Shown: in pieces, positions 56,752 to 64,000 of the stretch
Layout of the letters: each line of letters starts with the position of its first letter
Position numbering within the stretch: the first letter of the stretch is position 1
DNA from: Deltaproteobacteria bacterium
GTDB lineage: Bacteria; Desulfobacterota; Dissulfuribacteria; Dissulfuribacterales; UBA3076
Length of the DNA: 64,000 bases
Assembly (NCBI GenBank): GCA_018399745.1
Contig: JAGYNZ010000001.1
Span: 37,948-101,947 of the forward strand
Direction: 5' to 3'
Translations under genes and position numbers: made by a program
Notes under the pieces: generated by a model
The model's input: the letters and a program-made list of their open reading frames with translations, nothing else
Databases searched by the model: none
What the model was told of the DNA's origin: nothing

Positions 56752-57746
56752 TGATGTTCAGATTTGCCTATCCACTGCTACTGATGCTGCTGTTAGTAGT
56801 GGCAGGATGGCTCTTCTTTGGCTTGCGAAAAAGGCCGCCGAGTATAACATATTCCATGACCTCCCAAATGGTGAGGCTTGCCGGAGGCAGCAGCCGTTTC
56901 CTTGGAAAGGTCCCCATGGCCCTGAGGATGTGTTGTCTTGTTTTGTTGGTATTGGCCGCGGCACGACCTCAACTGTACAATGTGTCCCGTGAAATCCGTT
57001 CCCCTGGCGTGGATATGGTACTCTGTTTGGATACATCCGGTTCTATGCAGGCGCTGGATTTCAAGCTGGATGGAAAACCAGTATCCAGACTTACGGCTGT
57101 AAAGAAAGTGGTAAGCGAATTCATCAAGAAGAGGGAGACAGACAGGATAGGTCTGGTTGTCTTCGGAGAAGAGGCCTTTACGCAATCCCCTCTTACTGCA
57201 GACAAAGGACTGCTTCTGGGATTGATAGACAAAATGGAGGTCGGCATGGCCGGAGACCGAACCGACATCGGCTCTGCTATCGCTATTGGAGGCAAGAGGT
57301 TAAAGGACCTGAAGGCAAAATCCAAGATACTGATCCTCCTTACGGATGGAGTGCATAACGCAGGCAATCTCACACCGGAACAGGCTGCGGAGGCGGTACG
57401 TACACTTGGTATCAAGGTTTATGCAATCGCTGTGGGAGGAGAGGGCCTGGCCCCGTTCAAAGTCAAGACGCCTTTTGGTACACGCATTATTCAACAAAGG
57501 GTCGAACTGGATGAGAAAACACTGAAAAAAGTCGCGAAAACAGGAGGTGGAAGATATTTCAAGGCCGCGGATACCAAACAACTGGATGAGATATATGACA
57601 TGATAGACAAAGAAGAGAAGACGAATGTTAAAATTAAGGAATTCTTCCATTTTAAAGAGCTTTATGCATATTTTCTGGTCTCTGCAATTATTCTGCTGGG
57701 TATGGAAATCTTTTTGAGGATTACGTTCTTAAGGAAGATCCCATGA
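56751..57746 (+). CDS. batA: vWA-domain protein BatA
   Basis: N-terminal MFRFAYP, LAAARPQ, MIDAS DTSGSM, DRIGLVVF and LTDG motifs. Confidence 0.9.
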   Translation: MMFRFAYPLLLMLLLVVAGWLFFGLRKRPPSITYSMTSQMVRLAGGSSRFLGKVPMALRMCCLVLLVLAAARPQLYNVSREIRSPGVDMVLCLDTSGSMQALDFKLDGKPVSRLTAVKKVVSEFIKKRETDRIGLVVFGEEAFTQSPLTADKGLLLGLIDKMEVGMAGDRTDIGSAIAIGGKRLKDLKAKSKILILLTDGVHNAGNLTPEQAAEAVRTLGIKVYAIAVGGEGLAPFKVKTPFGTRIIQQRVELDEKTLKKVAKTGGGRYFKAADTKQLDEIYDMIDKEEKTNVKIKEFFHFKELYAYFLVSAIILLGMEIFLRITFLRKIP

Positions 57747-58753
57747 CATTTGCCAATTTATGGATACTCCATTTTCTCTGGTTCCTGCCCCTGGTGACCA
57801 TAGTCCTTGTTGTCTACAGCAGGCAAAAGAAAAAGGCCATGGAACGATTTGCCGATCGCGAACTCTTGTTCCGGTTGACAGGAGAGGTCCAGAAAGGGAA
57901 ACGAATTTTAAAGGTGTTTCTCTTACTGGGCACCTTTGGCTTAATGGTCCTTGCATTGGCAGGACCCCGTTGGGGCAGCCATTTTCAGGAAGTCAGACAA
58001 AAAGGTGTAGACGTCATGATAGCGGTAGATGTCTCACCCAGCATGCTGGTGGAAGATGTTAAACCGAATCGGCTTGAACGGGCCAGACGTGAGATCATCG
58101 ACTTTCTGAAGATAATTCAAGGGGATCGGGTGGGTCTCGTGGCCTTTTCAGGTGCCGCCTTTATCCAATGTCCCCTGACTCTGGACTATGCCGCACTTGA
58201 AATGTTTCTTAATGCACTCCAACCGGACCTGATTCCGGTTCCAGGCACTGATCTGGGAGAGGCGATTAAAATTGCCCTTTCATCTTTTGACTTCAAGGCA
58301 GAGACAGACAAGGTGATCTTACTCATAACAGACGGAGAGGACAACGAGGGCCAGGGATTCATAGCGGCGCGAGAGGCGAAGGAAAAGGGGATCAAGATCT
58401 TTGTCTTCGGTATGGGAGAGACTTCCGGCGGACCGGTCCCCGCCGGTGAGGGGAAGGTGGGTTTCAAAAAAGACAAGTATGGAAAACTCATTTTGTCCAA
58501 GCTCGAGGAAGATGATCTGAAAAAGATAGCTTCCATAACCGGGGGGGCCTATGTCCGATCCGTGGCCGGCGATCTTGACCTGGACCTGCTCTACTTCGAG
58601 GGAATCAGGTCCTTGACAGATGCAAAGACCCTAAAGAGCCGTAAAATCCGGGTATTTGAAGAACGTTTTATGTTTTTTGTATTGGCCGCATTTATGTTCT
58701 TGCTACTTGAGGGTTCGATATCTGAAAGAAAGTCCCTGGAAAGGCCTTCTTGA
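57743..58753 (+). CDS. batB: vWA-domain protein BatB
   Basis: ALAGPRWG, DVSPSM, KPNRLERA, QCPLTLDY and ITDGED motifs. Confidence 0.9.
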   Translation: MTFANLWILHFLWFLPLVTIVLVVYSRQKKKAMERFADRELLFRLTGEVQKGKRILKVFLLLGTFGLMVLALAGPRWGSHFQEVRQKGVDVMIAVDVSPSMLVEDVKPNRLERARREIIDFLKIIQGDRVGLVAFSGAAFIQCPLTLDYAALEMFLNALQPDLIPVPGTDLGEAIKIALSSFDFKAETDKVILLITDGEDNEGQGFIAAREAKEKGIKIFVFGMGETSGGPVPAGEGKVGFKKDKYGKLILSKLEEDDLKKIASITGGAYVRSVAGDLDLDLLYFEGIRSLTDAKTLKSRKIRVFEERFMFFVLAAFMFLLLEGSISERKSLERPS

Positions 58754-58765
58754 CAGGAGAAACAA

Positions 58766-59587
58766 TTGTTCAAATACATTGAGATCCCAACACTCCTTTT
58801 CTTACTTATTTCCTCCACCATGGCACTGGCTGTGGAGGACCCTGATGAATTATACCGGCTGGGGCGTTTCGCTGAGGCTGAAAAGGCCTATACGCAACTG
58901 GATATGGATCATCCTAAGGATATTCGCTTTCGCTACAACAGGGCATGTGCCGCCTATCAAAATGCAGATTACAAGGGGGCATCGGCAGCCTTTTCAAGTG
59001 TGCTGAGAAGGGCAAAAGATAACGAGACCCGTTTCAAAACCGCTTACAACCTTGGAAACACTGCGTTTAAGCAGGGCGATTTTGCATCCGCCGTGGCCTA
59101 TTACAAACAGGCAATAAGTTATAATCCCGAAAACCGGGATGCCGCATATAATCTGGAGCTGGCCCTGATGCAACTGGAAAAACAGAAAGAAAATCAGACT
59201 AAGGACCCAGAAAAACAGCCGGGTGAGGGGTGTTCTCAACCACAAGACAGGGAGGACAGCTCCAGAGAAAGTGAGGATAAAAAAGGTTCAGAAAAGGAGT
59301 CACAAGATAAAACGCCCGAGCAAAAATCAGCTCAAGGCCAGGATCAACAGGACCAAAAAAACCCTTCAGAGGCTGAAGACCCCGCAGGTGAACACAACCG
59401 GCCTCAGGCCATGTCAGATAAAAAAGATGCAGGAGGGGATAAAAAAGACGGACAGGCTATGTCTGCAATCGACAGAAAGAAGGCCGAATCCCTGCTTAAC
59501 AATCTCAAGGAGGATCGCTCCGGTTTTATGCGTTCTCAGGTCCCGCAAGACAAAAGATACGGCGTACAATCAGGAAAGGACTGGTAA
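58766..59587 (+). CDS. batC: TPR protein BatC
   Basis: YNLGN TPR, YNLELAL, Q/E/K-rich linker, terminal KDW. Confidence 0.88.
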   Translation: MFKYIEIPTLLFLLISSTMALAVEDPDELYRLGRFAEAEKAYTQLDMDHPKDIRFRYNRACAAYQNADYKGASAAFSSVLRRAKDNETRFKTAYNLGNTAFKQGDFASAVAYYKQAISYNPENRDAAYNLELALMQLEKQKENQTKDPEKQPGEGCSQPQDREDSSRESEDKKGSEKESQDKTPEQKSAQGQDQQDQKNPSEAEDPAGEHNRPQAMSDKKDAGGDKKDGQAMSAIDRKKAESLLNNLKEDRSGFMRSQVPQDKRYGVQSGKDW

Positions 59588-59588
59588 G

Positions 59589-61340
59589 ATGAAAAGGTCT
59601 ATTCTCCTGCTGCTGGCGCTCTTTCAATTCATGCTGTTCTCCTGCCCTGCCAGAGGCGATGTATCCGTATCTATTAGGGTTGATAGAGAAAAAGCCACTA
59701 TTGCGGATTCAATAGGCATGGTTGTCAGCATAACAGGGGCAGGGGAAAGTGACTCTCCACCTGTTTTTAAGGATATGGAAGACTTCCATATCACTCAGGG
59801 CGGAACCTCAAGCCGATTTGAGGTCATCAATGGCCAGGTCAATTCGAGGATCGACTATTCATTTCTTTTACAGCCAAAAAAGACAGGGACCTTTGAGATA
59901 GGACCTGTAGAGATCAGGGTTGATGGGAAGGCTTACAGAAGCAACAAAACCACATTGACAGTTGTCAAACGGTCTCAGCCCAACGGTATGGATCAAGGTC
60001 CTGTTTTTCTCACTGCAGGGCTCTCATCCACAGAGGTATATGAGGAAGAGCAGTTGATCTATACACTGAAGCTACATCATCAAACCATGGTCAGCAACAT
60101 ATCTCTGGACCTTCCTGAGGCAGAATATCTGACCTTCAGACAGCTGGGAAAACCCGTTGAATATCGGAGTTTTTATAATGGCCAATCTTATAATGTTATA
60201 GAGATACGATATGTCCTGATACCTCCCAAAAAGGGAATCTACATAATCGAACCCTCAAAAATGGAAATGATCGTTACCCAATCCGAAAGCCGGTCACGCA
60301 GGGGCCTTTTTGATGACCCCTTTTTTTCTTTTTCCACAGGGCGGCCCAGAACATTGGCCAGTGAACCCCTGGAACTTCGTGTGCTTCCACTGCCGGATAC
60401 GGGAAAACCATCTGACTTCAGCGGTCTGGTGGGGAGCTTTAATATCACTTCTAAACTGGAGCCTGATAGGTTAAAGGTCGGAGAATCGGCCACGATGACA
60501 ATCGTGGTGAATGGCCGGGGAAATACCAATCGTATACCGGACCTAAAATGGCCTGAACCTGAACATATAAAGGTCTATGCCGATGAGCCCGTCCTGGAGA
60601 TCAGGGAAGATGCAGAAGGACTGTCCGGCTCAAAGACCATGAAGTGGGCGCTGGTGTCTGAAAAGGAAGGGCGCTACAAGATACATCCCCTCTCGCTCAG
60701 CTTCTTTGATACAGAGAAACTTCAATATCAGAAAATAAAGACCCCGTTCCTTTCTATTAACGTCCTGCCCGGCAAGACGAAACAGATTCAGGCCTCTTCG
60801 GGTCATTCAAACGGACAGAATATTAAAGGCCCTGCAAAAAAGTCGGTCAAAGAACTGGGACATGACATTCTGCCGATCCATACGTCCATACAAGGCCTGG
60901 GAAAAGGTCCACTTATAAGCCCTGGAGGCATTGTTTTCTGGTTTATTTTCATTGGGCCGTTTTTTATCTATGCCATAGCCTTCCTTGGTCTGAAAATTGG
61001 CAAAAGATCCGATACATTCAATACTACGTTAAAGGCCAAAAAGGCGGCCAGGAAATGTATCAGAAGATGCCGGCAGGATGAAACCAGTTCGATCGATTTG
61101 ACTCTATATTTCAGGAATTATTTAAACGAACGGTTCGGCCTTTCCCTTGGTTCCATGACCTCGATAGAGGCGGCTGAAATCCTAAAATCAAGGGGTGTCA
61201 GCCATAATACTGCACAGGAAATACAGAATATTTTAAAAGGACTTGAAGATGCTATTTATACCGGTAAGGGACACAATGTCTGCCCGCTTGGAGAAGACAT
61301 CTCTCAACTGGTCAGGCAAGTTGAAAAGGAAATCCAGTGA
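59589..61340 (+). CDS. batD: BatD-family protein
   Basis: Signal peptide from ATG 59589 (the ORF track start 59223 overlaps batC); SSRFEVINGQ, FSGLVGSF; C-terminal TM. Confidence 0.87.
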   Translation: MKRSILLLLALFQFMLFSCPARGDVSVSIRVDREKATIADSIGMVVSITGAGESDSPPVFKDMEDFHITQGGTSSRFEVINGQVNSRIDYSFLLQPKKTGTFEIGPVEIRVDGKAYRSNKTTLTVVKRSQPNGMDQGPVFLTAGLSSTEVYEEEQLIYTLKLHHQTMVSNISLDLPEAEYLTFRQLGKPVEYRSFYNGQSYNVIEIRYVLIPPKKGIYIIEPSKMEMIVTQSESRSRRGLFDDPFFSFSTGRPRTLASEPLELRVLPLPDTGKPSDFSGLVGSFNITSKLEPDRLKVGESATMTIVVNGRGNTNRIPDLKWPEPEHIKVYADEPVLEIREDAEGLSGSKTMKWALVSEKEGRYKIHPLSLSFFDTEKLQYQKIKTPFLSINVLPGKTKQIQASSGHSNGQNIKGPAKKSVKELGHDILPIHTSIQGLGKGPLISPGGIVFWFIFIGPFFIYAIAFLGLKIGKRSDTFNTTLKAKKAARKCIRRCRQDETSSIDLTLYFRNYLNERFGLSLGSMTSIEAAEILKSRGVSHNTAQEIQNILKGLEDAIYTGKGHNVCPLGEDISQLVRQVEKEIQ

Positions 61341-62110
61341 AAAGCTTTATATGTCTGAGCATGCACATTTTTTTCATTATCTGTTTTCCAGGGCCAGGTA
61401 TCATAGCCTTTCAAGCCAGCGAATCAGAGGAACTATTCTTTAGTTCAAATCAGGCATACAGCCAGGGCCGCTTCCAGGAAGCAATAGACGGATATGAACA
61501 GCTGCTTCGGTCCGGCCACAAGTATGGAACACTTTATTACAACCTCGGAAATGCCTACTTTCGTTTGGACCAGCTCGGCCGCGCCATTCTGAATTATGAA
61601 CGCGCCCGTCTTCTGATGCCCGGAGATGCGGACCTGAATTTTAATCTCAACCATGCCAGAGATAAGACCCACGATGCGGTTTCCGAATCACCAAACCTCG
61701 TCGGCATGACCTTTTTTTGGCTTAATGACCTGAGTCTTGGTAACCTGTTAAGAATTTTCGCCTTCTTAAACCTCCTGTTCTGGACAGTCCTTCTGCTAAG
61801 GCTTTTTTTCAAGTTTGAGTTGACCTACTATGCCTCTATTGTCTCCCTGATTTTATGGATTATCGCGGGCACATCTTTCGGACTGAAATTCTACCAGTTA
61901 AATACGGATAACCGTGCCGTTATACTCGAACACAAAGTAAATATCCTTGCCGGTCCTGATATAAGCGACACAGTGCTTTTTAATCTTCATGCAGGGACTA
62001 TTGTACATCATGAAAGGTCGGAAGATGGCTGGTCTCTGATCAGCCTGCCGGATAAAAAGAGGGGCTGGGTAAGGGCAGGGGCTATGGAATCTGTAGTAAT
62101 CCAGGATTAA
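61337..62110 (+). CDS. batE: TPR/SH3 protein BatE
   Basis: YYNLGNAYFR, PGDADLNFNL, 2 TM helices, GPD...LHAG...GWV. Confidence 0.88.
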   Translation: MKSFICLSMHIFFIICFPGPGIIAFQASESEELFFSSNQAYSQGRFQEAIDGYEQLLRSGHKYGTLYYNLGNAYFRLDQLGRAILNYERARLLMPGDADLNFNLNHARDKTHDAVSESPNLVGMTFFWLNDLSLGNLLRIFAFLNLLFWTVLLLRLFFKFELTYYASIVSLILWIIAGTSFGLKFYQLNTDNRAVILEHKVNILAGPDISDTVLFNLHAGTIVHHERSEDGWSLISLPDKKRGWVRAGAMESVVIQD

Positions 62111-62169
62111 AATAAGACCCTTGTGCTCTGTACCTGTGCAGCTTTGTTTGTGAATATGGCAGCCCCCCC

Positions 62170-63843
62170 TTACTCATATGCACCGGGTTCCGCCTCGCTA
62201 CCTGTATCTCTTGAGTCGGCATATACCAGAAAGTGCTCCCGATACGCCCCGAAACGGGGTGAAAAGCCGATTGATTCCAAATGTTCAATGTTCTTTTCAT
62301 ATAGCACCGACACCTCTTTGGGGCCAAGTCCTTTTGATACATGATAATCAAGGACCCTGTTATAGACTCTTGATCCCGCTGCCTCATGGATTCGAGTAAT
62401 CGCGAACTTATCAGGTTTTTTCCACACAGACGAACCTTCTGATAAAACAAATTTACCCTTAGACAGTGCGTGTATGTAGTCTCTGTTTTTATCGAGAAAA
62501 TTCAAGGTTCCAAAAAATTCTGCCTCTGTCTCGGTAGGAAAACCAAACATTATGAATATCAGGTTCATTATACCTGCATGGGTGGCATTCTGAAGGACCT
62601 TTTCCGCCTCTTTGATCTTTGTCCCTTTTCTCATGAGATTCAGGACCCGCTGGCTGGCCGATTCCACGCCCCACATGATCACACGCCCCCCGGAGCGGTG
62701 AATCAGTTTGAGCAAACCGGCATTGAATTCTTTTACGGGTTTGGCATATGCTGCATAGGAAATTTCTATTCCTTCATTAATCAATGCCCGTGCCAGTTCC
62801 ATGAACCGGTCCGGTGGAATCATCTCATCATAAAAATTAAAAAATGATACTTCATAATTAGCTTTTAGACGCATTATCTGCTTCATGCATTCCTTAATAT
62901 CAAGCTCACGATATAGTAAGTAAGAATGATGATGCGTACAGAATGTGCATCTTCCCCAGGGGCATCCCCTTGAACTCAAGAAAGGCAGGACCACCTCAGG
63001 TCCTATATACCTGTCCAGTGGAAAGTCACTGAAATCAGGCCCAGGTATTCGATCCAGGTCATAAATAATACAGGGCGGATTTGTTCTGACCTCCTGATCT
63101 CTGATATATATAAGATTAGGTACCTCGGCCAGGTCTTTCTCATCTTGAACCATGCAAAGATTGAGCAAGGCCTCCTCCCCTTCACCTGGAATAAGAAAAT
63201 CAACATATTGACCGAATTCCAACTGCTTTGTCATGTCCTTGGTACTGAAGACCCAAGGCTCTTTAAAAAGCCTCTCCGGGCAACACATGACCCCGAGTCT
63301 GGCCCCGCCTAAAACAACCTTTATCTGCCTTTTCTCTTTAATCAAAGCGGCCATGAGCAGGGCAAAAACCGTCTGGCTGTTGAAAAGGACTGAAAGACCC
63401 AGCATGTGCGGACCATAATCCAGGACCTGATCGGCTAAATCCTCGAAGAATATCCTCACCCTGTCGGGCACAGAGAGTCCCATTAAATGCCTTTTGGCCA
63501 TTTCAGACATGAATGCATTAAGAATGTTTTCAAAGCTCAAAAAAATCGTGGTAAAATGATGGTATGACTTTAGGTCGAATTTCTCCTTTATGCCATATTT
63601 CAGAAAATTCACCGCCTGGTCGATCTTTCGGGCTGTGGTCTCCTCATCCCAGTCATAGAGACGAATTTTAAAATTCCCCTTACTTAAATCATTCAGTATT
63701 CTATCGTAGTAAAAGAAATTTAGGTCAAAGACCCTTACATCAATACCCGGCGAATTTTTCTTCAGATATGACAACAGGACGGCAGGCCCAAGAGGAGGGC
63801 TTGCAGGCCTCATGCAGGGCGGTGAGACAATGGCCAGTTTCAG
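62170..63843 (-). CDS. B12-binding-domain radical SAM protein
   Basis: GLSVLF...VVLGGA (cobalamin-binding-like), GEGE, SRGCPWGRCTFC, GVESAS and FGFPTET motifs. Start may be CTG at 63843 (KLAIVSPP) rather than ATG 63813. Confidence 0.87.
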   Translation of the reverse strand: MKLAIVSPPCMRPASPPLGPAVLLSYLKKNSPGIDVRVFDLNFFYYDRILNDLSKGNFKIRLYDWDEETTARKIDQAVNFLKYGIKEKFDLKSYHHFTTIFLSFENILNAFMSEMAKRHLMGLSVPDRVRIFFEDLADQVLDYGPHMLGLSVLFNSQTVFALLMAALIKEKRQIKVVLGGARLGVMCCPERLFKEPWVFSTKDMTKQLEFGQYVDFLIPGEGEEALLNLCMVQDEKDLAEVPNLIYIRDQEVRTNPPCIIYDLDRIPGPDFSDFPLDRYIGPEVVLPFLSSRGCPWGRCTFCTHHHSYLLYRELDIKECMKQIMRLKANYEVSFFNFYDEMIPPDRFMELARALINEGIEISYAAYAKPVKEFNAGLLKLIHRSGGRVIMWGVESASQRVLNLMRKGTKIKEAEKVLQNATHAGIMNLIFIMFGFPTETEAEFFGTLNFLDKNRDYIHALSKGKFVLSEGSSVWKKPDKFAITRIHEAAGSRVYNRVLDYHVSKGLGPKEVSVLYEKNIEHLESIGFSPRFGAYREHFLVYADSRDTGSEAEPGAYE

Positions 63844-64000
63844 TTCGACACCTCTTAGATTAAAATATTTTAGAATGATTCAGCTAAAAATACCCTGCCA
63901 GCGGCATTGCTTCGATTTTCCAGCTACCGCTGCATATACCAGGCATTTCTCATTCCTGAAAATTTTGCACCTTGTCTCAGGCCTTTTGGACGAAATCATG

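Noticed and set aside
59223-59588. 122-aa N-terminal extension of BatD in the ORF track
   Set aside because: Overlaps batC in another frame; the signal peptide begins at ATG 59589.
1-64000. tRNA, rRNA, CRISPR arrays, riboswitches, IS/integrase and defence genes
   Set aside because: None recognised by eye; covariance-model scans were not run, so small ncRNAs could have been missed.

Overview
A 64 kb chromosomal segment of an anaerobic bacterium, most likely Desulfobacterota (former Deltaproteobacteria); this is inferred from protein families and gene order, not from a search. It holds about 49 intact CDS. I found no rRNA, tRNA, CRISPR array, integrase or transposase. Housekeeping genes are tkt, thpR-cinA-pgpA, larC, nadB, rpoZ-dnaJ-moaC-dksA-GH57-galT, mtnA, gatB and a complete moxR-DUF58-bat operon. 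Main points of interest: (1) an mglB-mglA operon continuing into an uncharacterised 550-aa protein and a PilB/GspE ATPase with a fused N-terminal TPR module, a candidate self-contained MglA-controlled pilus motor unit; (2) a HydABC/Bfu-type module whose large subunit lacks the Mo-ligand Cys/Sec, co-transcribed with NfnAB, a candidate double-bifurcating complex; (3) a sigma54 activator with no regulatory domain, followed by a perfect 22-bp inverted repeat and a -24/-12 promoter ahead of a PilZ-PAS-pseudokinase, next to a REC-GGDEF gene and a solo MreB paralogue; (4) eroded pseudogenes not in the ORF track (surE, a TVP38/DedA-family gene, possibly a third). All functional calls come from motif recognition by eye.
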